Source: Prorocentrum cordatum
Taxonomy: Eukaryota
DNA length: 64,000 bases
Assembly: GCA_963575745.1 (NCBI GenBank)
Contig: CAUYUJ010000003.1
Coordinates: 310,001-374,000, forward strand
Direction of reading: 5' to 3'
The first letter of the stretch is position 1. Every line of letters starts with the position of its first letter. The position numbers and the translations under genes were made by a program. The notes below the pieces were generated by a model, which was given only the letters and a program-made list of their open reading frames with translations, was not told the origin of the DNA and searched no databases. Of this stretch, positions 34,701 through 46,163 are shown piece after piece.

Positions 34701-35950
34701 GGGTATGTGGATCAAGTCCGTGCGCTGCTCCATGCACTCGCCCGCGTCCTCGCGGCCCAAGAGGCCGCGCATTTGAGATCCGTTGTTGTCGGAACCCAGT
34801 GGCCCCAGGTCCGACAGGACAGCATGAGCAATGCTGGACCCAGGACCCCAATTGTCTGCTCTGCAAGCCCGTGCCCCGGCTGACGCATGTTCCGCGGATA
34901 GAGCAGGCGCCAACGCGCTGTTTGAAGTTATTGTTCGAGCGGCGCGTCCTTGCCACGCCGTCTGCGCTGCCAGATCTGCCTCCGCATCCTACGCAGCCCT
35001 GCTTGCAGTGGGAAGGCAGCCCGATGAGCTTCGCAATTTGACATGTACCTCGAAGGGTCCTGCTTCAAGAATCATCCCATGTATCCCGTGGCTGGCTTCG
35101 CTGCGGTTGCCGCGCGTCCTCCGGCTGACGCACCTGCGTGCGCTGCGACGGGTTTCCTGCCGGGGTCACATCAGGATACCCACGGGGCTGAATTGTATTC
35201 GCTATGCGTGACGTCGCTCCATGCTGTGCCCCGCCATTTCTGTCTTCTCGGACCCCAGCTTTCAGTTTGCTCGGGGAAGACCGTGCGGTGTGTGCTGGCA
35301 CAGCGTGGGGGCATTTTGGAGGGCTCGTTTGGCATGACATCCATGACTGGGGGATGGCTTCACTATCGGAAAAAATGTCACTGCGCAGCAGGTGCTTGAT
35401 AGAGTACAACCTTCTAGGCACGCGCATGGTAACAATTTTGCGGATCATGCTGCAAAAGGATTGTTCCAGGGAAGTGGACCCCATCTGGCCCTCGCGAGGC
35501 TCGTTGCCCAGTGCCAGAAGTTCGTCAAGAGCCTCGTCGCCTGGGTCGCCCAAGTGGGGGCCGTGCTCTCAGATCACGGTTGCAAGCATCGTGAACATCG
35601 TGCTCGAGTTTCTGCCCCCCTCCCCCCCCCCCCACCCCCTCTAGATCTCGTCAAAGCCCAACCGCCCGCATTGCTATGGCGAACCGTTGCCGCAGATCAG
35701 CTGCGCGCCGTCAGAGGCCGTGCGGCTCGCGGCGCTTCTTGCGCCCACGCAGCGCGCCCAGTCAGGCACGCGCGCTGCAAGGTATGTGGAGCGGGTTCCT
35801 CCCAGAGGCTCGCCAGAGGCCTCGTCTCCCCTTGCGCAGCCCAGGCGACGAAGTTGGGCAATGCTCTTGTGGATCGGCTCGCGGAAGGGGAGATTCAATA
35901 TTGGAAGCAATGCCGATGTCGTTACTGAGCTTCGGTCACTTTGAGGTGCT
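31750..35950 (+). mobile_element. LINE element E: decayed and 5'-truncated (APE, RT, RNase H, Cys finger)
   Basis: APE remnant LAVQET..GGSSGG. RT remnant VVFMLKRLGG..LLVDLEKASE..AYRAPR (33340-33850). RNase H MYLEGS..AGFA..QDTHGAEL..GNNFADHAAK (35043-35460). C-terminal RCKVCG. Confidence 0.8.
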
Positions 35951-36249
35951 CGTTCGCATGGCTGCTCATTTTCCGCACGGCACATCGCGCGCCGCGCGCA
36001 TTTCTTCGCGTTGCATCCTTGCTGCATGCGTTGTATGTTACGTGCATCGACCCCCCCCCCTTAGCGTCTGGCGCAGGCGCCGCTGAGCGGCTTCGAAGAC
36101 GCCGCGGTTTCGAGTGGGCACCAGATAAACCACCCCCTCGAGGCAGCGGCCCCGCGGGGCGTCGGATCACCTCGCGCCCGCCCCCCTCTGCTGCGCCCAG
36201 GAGGAGGGGGGCGAGGAGGAGGGGGGGGGAAGGGGGGGAGCGCCCGCCC

Positions 36250-37204
36250 ATAGGCGCGCCCTGGGTTACTGCCTCGTGAGCGCCGCGCGGCGGATTGAAA
36301 GGCGTTGCACATAGCTGCCGAGCGGCTGCGGGGCGTCGGCTAGCTCGGCACGAAGTTTATGGAATATACTGCAAGCGAGACTCACTAAGTCATGTGCAAG
36401 GGCCACCGTGAGATCGGTGTCTTGGCATTCCTCCTCGGATCCCGGGCCAAGCCAAAGGAACGGATCAGCGGTGGGGATATGCAGACGGGGCAGCGCGATG
36501 AGATGTAGCAGGCGGGGGCAAGAGAGGTAGTGGAGGAACGAGTCAGGGCAGTCGGGGCAGCCAAATCGGCACTGTAAAGGGGCGAGGATCCTGACTCTGT
36601 GGCTGGTGACCCACCCTCCAGCCAGAGTCTTAAGACGAGACCAAACTCTACTGGGTTGCGATCTTGCCAAAACCTGCCGGAGACATCGCCACCTGGCTTT
36701 GATCTCGCCCTCTGGCAGGGGGTCCAAATTTGGGGGCCGCGTGCGGAGTCTTCTGGACAAAAGCTCGTGGAAACGATCCGGGTACATTAATATAATTAGT
36801 TTAGCGATGAAGGCGCCCTGGGGCCGTTTCCCCCCGCTCCCGCGACGCTGACGAGGACGCCCCGCCCCTTCTTCCATCCGGGCGCCTTCAGCTCTGGGGC
36901 TGGCTGCAGCGATCGCCTCTTGAATGCGACTCGCAGGAAAAGGGAGGCCGCGGCAGCCGCGGGCGAACTTTCTATAGTGCTGCAGGATTCCTGTGAACCT
37001 TCGGCCCAGCAGTCCGCTGAGAGGAGACCTCGCCGTGCTCTCACGTGAAAGCCGCGCGCGTCCGACCCGTCCCACCACCGCTCAAATCCCCCGCCCAATG
37101 CGCCAATGCGCGCGCGGACGCGCGCCATGCGCATCCCAATGCGCACACTTGCACGCTGGCAGGGGTCGGGGAGCGGAGCCAGATTCTCAACTCAAAGAAA
37201 TCGC

Positions 37205-37262
<58 letters not shown>

Positions 37263-40200
37263 GGGTGGGAGACGGAGGAGCTTGCGGAGGGCAAAATATT
37301 CCTTGCGTGCGATTTCCTGGCAAAGCGGGAAAACTGCAAACGATGCCACAAGACTGATAAGCACGTGCGCTCATGCAGGCGCGTGGCAGCCTCGCTCGGG
37401 GCTCGAATCAAGGCAGTCGCTCGTGACCGCGCCCACCACTTTTGGCCGGCCTCCTTCCGCTGCTCTCGGAGATCGGCCCCAGGGCCGATGAAGACCCCGC
37501 AATATTTGGCCCAACTCGCGATGTGGAAGCCCGCCCACTCCGGCGCCGCTTGAGCTATCTGACTGGCGATGCGGGCGCATTCAACTGCTGCGCAGGCGAC
37601 GGCAAGCGGCGCGGCAACGCACTTCGCCGGCTGAAGGGCTAGCCCTGCGAGACGTTGAGCGAACTGAAGCGTCGCGTGCAACAGTGGCAACGTCGATATC
37701 TGATGGAGCACAACTCCTACATCGTCGGCGCGCGCCCCCAGGGCGGCCTGCTCTCTGGAGGGGAAGGGGGGGATGAGGTGACGGAGGAAGGGATCAAACC
37801 CGAGGGCCCAGAGGGAGCCAGAGAGGGGGCGCCCCTGGGGAACGCCTGCAACGATCAAAAACATGGGCACGACCACAGATCCGACCAACATATGCGCCAG
37901 CGTGTCGGCTGCCAGAGCAGCGATCGCCAGCGATAAGCTCCGGGGTAGGCGGCGCCTCCCCAGCACAAGTCGGAGCCAGGTCTGGCTCATGCTGGGAAAA
38001 GCCGCCTTGATATCGAAGCTTAAAACGAGCGGATCGGTGTCGGCGTTGACTACGCTAGCACGGCGAGCAGCCGTGCCCATGCGAATCACATTATCGGCTC
38101 GATTGCGTCCTTTGACAAATCCCTGTTGGACCACGCGGGTCCGGCCGGCTACGCAGTACTGCAACTGGTGATTCAGCGCAGACGCGAGGAGCTTGCTGTC
38201 CGAATTCTTGAGGGTCAGACGTCTGAGGGCACCTGGAGCTCGGACGCAGTCTGCGACATCCCTGGGGTCCTCCCCTTTCGGGATAAATGCAAAGAGACTG
38301 TGGTCGAGGCCGGGGGGGGGCGGGGTTGCCGCCCATGAGGTGGAGGAGGAGGCGGTAAGAGTACAGCGAGACATGTGGGATGGCTCTTCCACGCTGCAAA
38401 TGTGAATCGGTCCGGGCCAGGCGCAGAGTCACGTGAACGATTTAAGCACTTGGCCATCTCATCAGAGGTGGGAACGTGAAACTCATAGGCAGGAATGTCG
38501 GGCATACGCTCGTCAAGAACATACTAGATCTCTCGCGCCGGTCTGGGCTGCTCCGAAAAAAAGGCTGCCAATGCTCCTTGAGAGCGTCCGCTATCGGACC
38601 TGGCTCCCTGACTACGTCGCCTTGGTGGCCTGTCTGAGAGATCCGAATGCCTCGAAGAACAACGCGTCGCTGACGAGTCCGCCACAGCAACGCTCTCCTA
38701 CTGGAAATCTCTCGGACTTCCCCCCAATGCTGCATTTCTCCAGGATTGGCCCGGGCCCTAGCCGCGGCCTGTTCCTGGAGCCGGCGGTGGCGAGCAGAAT
38801 TCTGGGCGACGACCTCATTCCTACAACCATCCTTGTCCCGGAGCAGAACTCGAGGGCCTACCGAGAGGAGAAACCGCCTGCCATACTCAGAGTCTGCCTG
38901 GATCCTGGTAGCGGCTTGGAGGTCCTGTCGCCGAATAGCACGCGCGATCGAACGGAGCGCCATGCACCTAGCCTCGATGGTGCGATCCCCCCCTTGCCCC
39001 GTCTGGGAAGCGCTGGACCTCGCGACGGGCAACTGCGGCGGCCGCGATCATGTTATCCTTGAGGGGGGGCCAGGCAGCGGGGGGGGGAGAGGGGGTCAAG
39101 ATCGCAGCCAGCCAAGCAATTGTTAAGCACCTCGCGAAACCTGGGATCCTTAAATATGATCGGCGGGATGGCCTGCCGGTCTTTCGGGGCGCCGCCGCGC
39201 GGCCTCAAAATGAGCGAGAGGATCGCGTGATCACTAAGATGCCAGTCGGAAAGCTGCGGGGCTTCCTGCAGCAGGTGAAGGGCCGCCTCGGCCTCGAGGA
39301 GCAAATGAGGGGAGAGGAAGACGAAGGCGCGGTCAATCGTAGAAAGCGAGGAGGAGGGGCTGGAGAAGTGGGCGGGGAGATCGGTCGCGATATCCGTCAT
39401 TTGCCATGCAAACAAAGCTCGCCAAAACGCCTCGTGGTGTTCGCCACGCCCGGCCTGTGAAAGACGGGCCTGCCGCGCCTCAGGGAAGAGGAGCGAGTCG
39501 TTCGGCTGGTCGGAAACGTTGAAGTCCCCAACCGCGACTGCCAGTCGCTTGAGCTCATCGCCCCGGGCCCACGCTGCGTTGCCATTCCAACAGGTACGGA
39601 TTCGACTGCGCTGGTTGTGGTCGGGCTCGTGGTTGTGGGTGTTCATAATGCGCGCGCTGCTCTGCCACTTTGAATTGAATATCGAGACGCAATGGGTACG
39701 GCCCTGAACCAGAACCTGGTGGTCGAACACAGGGTGGTGTTCAACCGGGTGGAGAGCCAGCTGTCGAGGAGAATGCCCGGGCACTAGAATCGCCGCGCCG
39801 CCGACTCCAGGCGTCTCGCCCACGGTGGTGAAGATCTGGCACTCGTGCGGGTACTGGTGGATGTAGTTGGTGAGCGCCTCGTGCGTCCCATGCATCTCTT
39901 GGGGACAAATGATGGCACGATGCTTCGTGTGGGCGATCAGTTTGGATACCTTCTTTCTTCGACGGGTAGCATCACGGCAGAGTTAGGTTGAGGCGTTCCA
40001 TGATACGATTTGAACCTGCTGCCCCCCAGGCTCAAGTTCCCATGTACACCAACGGTCATCAGGAACATGACCACGTGGAGGTGCCCACCTCCCGGAACAT
40101 GTTGCGGAATGCTTGCGATGCGGCGTCTTTGTCGATGTTGTAGGTGGCGGTGGGCTGCGAATTCCAAGCGAGCTTTGTGGGATCGTTCGGAGCAGCTCCA

Positions 40201-40997
40201 TGAATGACCTCCACCACGGCGGCACTTGCACAATAGACCAAGCCCATCTGTCGTTTAGTCCACCATTCGCCATTCGGGGCCACGCGCTGCAAAATATCCT
40301 GGAGCTTTTTGGTTTGTACTTCTTCCCGGATCTGCTTCGGATTTCGATCAGCACCGATGTATACGTGAATTTCGTATCCGTCCACTCCCTTGGCCGAGAA
40401 CTTGCGGTACTGACCGGTGGAATCACGAAGAGCGCGAGTGAGAGCCTGAGCACGAAGGACTCCTGCTTCAGCACCTGGGCAGTGTAGGGCAAACTTCTTG
40501 CCTGGGGCGTCAGGGCTCATGATCTGAACAGTATCCTTGCGAACGTGGGCAAGATCGAACCATTCTGAGAGACCTTCCATGAGAGCCTGTTTGTGTACTT
40601 CTGATGCTGTATTGACGCTGAAGAGCTGCGGGTTGGTCGGCCTGCCCCAAGTCGCGAGCCTGGCCACGTCAATGGCTTCCGAGCTGCCTCGGCGATGGGC
40701 AAGGACTGCTGCATCTGCTGGACCTGGCGCCGTAATTGTTGATGTTGTGCTTCGAGGGCTTCGGTACGGTCCTGCTGGCGCCTGGCGTCGGCCTCCACGG
40801 CCGTGAGTCGCGCAACCCTCGGAACCAGCTGAATCTGCATGGTCGAGGCGAGCTCCTGCTGCACGTGGGCCATCGCGGCGGACATCGAGGCCGTGATGTG
40901 TTGCTGCATGTCGTGCTGGATGCTGTTGAACTGGGCGCCGATGACCCGTGAGAGACGCTGCTCCAGGGTCTCGTTTGCGGTGCCACCCTTTCCGCCA
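36250..40997 (-). mobile_element. LINE element F: L1/Tx1-like (ORF1, APE, RT, CCHC zinc ribbon), 5'-truncated at a (TCC)n tract
   Basis: ORF1 at 40059-40980. APE: IVSWNA, QEMHG, VGDFN, TIDR, LSDH. RT: SAPGPD, FIPKG, QQGFVKGR, FDIKAAFPS, GVPQGRPLS, RADD. C-terminal CRFGCPDCPDSFLHYLSC. Frameshifted, with (GA)n inserted at 37207-37260. Confidence 0.9.
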
Positions 40998-41100
40998 GGA
41001 GGAGGAGGAGGAGGAGGAGGAGGGGGAGGAGGAGGAGGAAGAGGAGGAGGGGGAAGGAATGGGGAGCAGGAGGAGGAGGAGGAGGAGGAGGAGGAGGACG
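40998..41100. repeat. (GGA)n microsatellite at the 5' junction of element F
   Basis: Direct reading of the sequence. Confidence 0.9.
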
Positions 41101-41744
41101 AGCAGAATGAGGAGGCGCGAGGCAGAATCGCCTCTCGCCGCAGGTCGACCACGTCCTCAGCGCACCTGTCCGCGGCCCTGGCGGCCTGCGGACTCGCGGG
41201 GGGGAGGAGTGGGGGGGAAGGAAGACGCGCGTGGGAGCGAAGCGGAGGGGGAAGAACGAGAGGCGGGGGGCGGCAAGGGAGGGGGGCGCACAAGCTAGGT
41301 GCGCTCGCGTCATATCTGACGTCCTACCCCTCCCTGCCGTCCCTTACCATGGCGTCGATGTCCTCTCTGTTCGCACAGTCGGATGTCGAGCAGGGCAATG
41401 ATCCCGAGAGGGTGCGCGATGCATCGTAGAGCACGGTATAGAGGGGCGTAGAAGAGCACGGCAGGGCTCAGTATGTCATAGCATGGCGTTGCGTTACGTA
41501 GTGAAGAATTGCATCACAACGCATTGCAACGCAATAGCGGCATCGCACAGCGGCCCATAACAGAACATGGCATACCATGGCGTTGAAGATCAAAGCCTAG
41601 CATGGCATAGCATGGCGTGGCACTGCGTAGTCAAGAACTGCATATCCTAGCATTGCAGCTGACGGCATGTCATCGCACAGCGGAACACCAAATAGCATTG
41701 CATTTCATGCCGTGGCATGGCACTGGAAATAATGACGCACGCGC

Positions 41745-41860
41745 TGCAGCGGGAGCACGAATCAGAACGAGCGGAAGCGCGGAAATGAGGCCAACGCTGC
41801 AGCGAGAGCACTATTCGGAACGAGCGGAAGCCCGAACATGAGGCCAGCGCTTCAGCGGGA
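41745..41860. repeat. Short tandem repeat with a ~53 bp unit (GCAGCGGGAGCAC..GAACGAGCGGAAGC..ATGAGGCCA)
   Basis: Two near-complete copies and the start of a third. Confidence 0.75.
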
Positions 41861-42236
41861 CCAACATCCCGAACAAAAAACTAAACGAAAACCCAACTCC
41901 CGGGAATCCTGAAAAACAATACGCAGCCGGGGGCCGAACATCTTCCGGACGTCATCGGGGGAGAGAGGAGAGTAGTATCTGTACTTGTGGAGCGGGGCGG
42001 GGGGGGGGGGCGAAAGGAGGGAGGGCGGGAGGGTCAAGGGGGAGGGGGAAGTCAGAGGAGAGAGGGGAGGGAAAGGGGGGAGCCAGAGGGAGGGGGGCGT
42101 CCCAGAGGTATCGCAGTGGGCCCCCGAGGATCAAGCAAGATCAGGAACGCTACCGAGCACAGATTCTCGATCGTCGAACCTGGAGGGTGAGGAGGAAGAG
42201 TAGGAGTAGGAGGATGAGGAGGAGGAGGAGAAGAAG

Positions 42237-42270
<34 letters not shown>

Positions 42271-43959
42271 AGGTGCCGCGATCACCCGATCCCGCCCCCA
42301 TTTGCCTCGCAGGGGGGCCGAGGCGGGGCCAGCGCGGCCCTCGCAGGCCCATCAGGCCCGCGATATCCAGAACGCCTACCCGGACATCCTTTCCTCTTGC
42401 ACCCCTGCGAGGGGCCACGCCCTGCATTCCCGCCTGGCACAGACGGCTACGCCGACATCATGCTGACGCCCGTGTACTGCTTCGGCTCACAAAGCACGAC
42501 ATTTACTTCAAGCGCACCTCAGCCCCCAGCAGCCACCTCGACACCCACCTCCTGCTCCAACCATGGCGACGTCATGGAAGGCGACTGCGAGCGGAACGGG
42601 AACTGTGCCACCACCGTGGAGATCAGCACCGAGCCGCCCGCGGTCCAAAGCTACAACACCGAGGCCCACTGCATCAGCCATCGGTGCAGGACTCGAGCGT
42701 TGGAAGAGACACAACTGGATGGACCAGAGGGCCAACAACCACTCGGACATGTCCTGGAACCAGAACCGCAACGTATTGACAAGCCAAGACGCTTCGCCAC
42801 TGCTCGAAAAACACGAGGCAACCCTCGCGATCGGACCGGCCTGACGGCGACCGATCAGCATGCTACATCTTCATATAATTACTTCTTGCTTCACAGCAGA
42901 CAGGACCGCCAGCTGCTGGTGGTATGGGGTCCAGGGCTGCCCAGGTTAAGGCCAGCGAGCCACCAGGGCACCTCCTCACCCCTCAACCCACCCTCAGCCG
43001 CCACCAGGGCGCCACACACCCGCGCCGCCGCCACAGATGGCAGAAACCACCCCCACGCACGGTGGAAACGCCCCAAGCAGCCACCACTCCCATGATCTGG
43101 GTACCCTACTCCTGCCTCGGAGGGGGAGGGTACCAGTTATGGGGATGGTGGCGGCTTAGGGGGGGGGGTGCTATGTGCAGGGGGTGAGGCCTTTCTGCCA
43201 TCTACATTGGCGAGTGTGGCTGGTGCTGCCTCGCGCCACCACTGGGTAGTGCCCAAAACCCCCCTCACGCTCGGCGGAAACCCCCAAGGCGACCAAGAGG
43301 CCGACGTGCTGGGAACCCTGCGCCTGCTTGCAGGTGGGGGATTCCGCCGTCGGCCTCTTAGACGACTGTGGAGGAGTCCTAGAAGCAGAGGGAGAGGGCC
43401 TTGGGCCCCTCCCCGCTGCGAGCGTCACCCCAAAAAGGGCCCCGCGGAATAGTCTCCGCAACCCTCTTTAAAGAGCCACCGCTACCTCTACCGCCTTTTA
43501 AACCTCCCAGCCCTCCTACACAGCGCCCTCGCCGACCGCCTTTTCACCCTCGCTGGCCTTTCCACCCCGACCTCCTTCTGCCTGCGTTCGCCCTCCCTCG
43601 CCCCTCACCTCTGACCAACCAAGGCACCTCTACGGAGGGAGACCCCAGGCACCCTCTAGGGCGGTGGCCCAAGAGGGCCACGCGTCACGAAAGAGGGGGG
43701 CCTATACACCGTCCCCAGGGCGCACGTCTGCAGCTGCCGCCGCCACACGTTCAGCATCTACAACCTTTCCCACCTCTTCGCTACGACGTGGTGATATGAT
43801 TATTTGCTGCTACTCCCTGTTCTCCCTTCTTCCTGTCTGCGGGGCCTCGGTCCCTAACTTTGTCTTTTCGTCTGCCCTCAGCAGGGGGGGGGCCGACCGG
43901 GCCTCCGGGGGAAAGCGGCAGCGTTCTAAGAACACCATTGCTGACAGGATACAGGATAC

Positions 43960-44145
43960 ACGAGGAGGAGGAGGAGGATGAGGAGGAGGAGGAGGAGGGA
44001 AGGAGGAGGAGGAGAAAGAGGAGGAGGAGGAGGAGAATGAGGAGGGGGGCAGAGGGATTGGAGGGAGGAAGGCAGAGGAGAGAGCAGCGGCGGCAAGGAA
44101 GAAACGCGGAGGAGGCGAGGGGGTGGATGAATATAGGGAAAGGAG

Positions 44146-44205
<60 letters not shown>

Positions 44206-44245
44206 CGACGATGAGGAGGAGGAGGAGGAGGAGGAGGAGGAGCAT
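43960..44245. repeat. (GGA)n/(GAT)n compound microsatellite region
   Basis: Direct reading; pure (GAT)n lies at ~44147-44205. Confidence 0.9.
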
Positions 44246-46163
44246 GAGCAGTAAGAGGAGTGAGAGTCGGAGTCGGGGGATGGAGTTAGAGCAACCTCCC
44301 TCTTCTCGGAGGAGTTGGAGTTGGAGGATGAGAAGGAAGGAGTCTCCTCCATCTTCCTCCTCGAGCTCCAACACCTCATCCATCGTCGCCATCATTCCTC
44401 CTCTGCCCTCCTGTCCCCTGCCCCCCCCCGCTCCATCAGTCCTCCATGTTTTCTCCTTCCGCCTTCCTCCTTCCTCCTTCCTCCGAAACTCTTCCTCCGA
44501 ACTTCTCAATGTACTGCTCCCTAATGTTACTGGTTCTTTTCCGCGAGGCTTGACATCACGGCTTTGCGAACAAATAATATTCAAATGCTGCGGGTACGCG
44601 ACATGTACACGGCCCAGGGAAATAAGCCGCCGCTACAGTGCGAACTCTCATGTCGTCCGAGCGGATTCAGAAACCAGGTCAATAACTCAGATTCCAATGG
44701 AAGAACGTGCTACTTTCCATCGTGAAAGTGGCATACTACTGGCAGCGGTGGTTTGTGACTATGACTTGGTGGGAGCGATCGCCGTCAACTCCCCCTGTCC
44801 ACTGACGACATGTGCAAAAATATGGAATGGCTTCTGAGTCCAGCCCCCAGAACACCCCAACCCACACTCTTTACACACATCAACGCGCAGAAGACATCCG
44901 GCCTTGATCCCGAAACGCCCCGAAGCTGGATCAAGGGAACGAACTTCCTTGACATAAGCTTGCGCGTACCACGTCTGAGGCTGGTCTTACGATGACTGGG
45001 GCCGCTTCTACCTGACAATTCTTTGACAACACCTGGATCCGGCCAGCGTCGGCAGAGGCCTCCTAGATGGGGTGATGTGTTCGGCGGATCGCGCTGCATC
45101 GCCGATACGTCGGGGATGAATCGCCAATGCGTCGGCGATACATCGGCGACTTCGGCGATGCATCAGCACCGTCGGCGCGGAGAAATTCGGGCTCCACATC
45201 GAGCCGCTTCGCCGATTCAGGCGATGCGGCGCGATCCTCCGACCCCGTCTACTTCGACCCCCTTTTGGGACGCCCAGAATCGGGTGATGATCGCGAGTCC
45301 CTCCAGTGATCTTTCAGAATCCAGAGGTTCATCTACCAAGGCAATCAGGCACGCGGGACTAGTCGGGGCCAGTCGCGGCTGGCCGAACTCCCAGCGCATA
45401 GGGAGAGCCATGGCTCGGGGCTGGCAGCGAGCAATCTGTCTCCCGCGACCCCTCAGAGCAAACACTGAATGGGAACTCGTTGAAACCGCGCTTGAATCGA
45501 GAGAGCAATGCATGATCGAAATAGTCTGGCAAACACTAAGAATAGCATCCGCCTAATTTTTGAAACGAGATTCCCTTCCTGTCGGAAATCGCAATATGTC
45601 TCCAGTTTGACGCGGGCGAAATCTTGCGGAGTGTGCAACGACAAGTTCGCATCATCAGATAGCGCTCCCTACTAACCACCGGCTTGAATGTAAACGCACG
45701 CGCGCCAAACGCACTTCTGCAATGACCACATTCGAATTGGGAATCAACGGACAATTGCAGAGACGTTGCAGAGATGAACTAATTGCGTCCCCGACTGCGC
45801 GATACACATGCCACACGCACTACTGCAAGACCTGGAATCCAGGACCCCCAAGAACAAACTGGTTGTCGGAAGCACGCCACCGGAACCTCCTATCTTCAAC
45901 AACTAAGACGCACTCACCGTTGGTTTCCGCCTTGTGCGAGTGTTTCCCCTGCGGTCCTGATTCTCCACATGGCTCTCCCTGGTGCTCTGTACCATGGGGT
46001 TCCCCGGAGGGTTCTCCGGGCGGTTCTCCAATCTTCTGCCAGGGGTCCCCCCGAAGGCTCTTTGTCGCCCGCCGCCCGCAATCACTCATCATCTCAATCG
46101 TCGCTGCCAACCAAGACGACCCGACGCAACACTGCGTCCCCATGCCAGCAGGGCCCTGTCCGC

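Noticed and set aside
1..41000. Cytosine methyltransferase cargo, as known in some dinoflagellate retrotransposons
   Set aside because: No DNMT motifs (FxGxG, PC, ENV) were recognised in any element. The 3' part of element A is outside the window.
42440..43090. Possible further plus-strand RT fragment (GYADIML...)
   Set aside because: There is a single weak motif and no other RT domains.
43781..44837. Poly-Met, poly-Ile and poly-Arg ORFs
   Set aside because: They are translations of (GAT)n and (GGA)n microsatellites.
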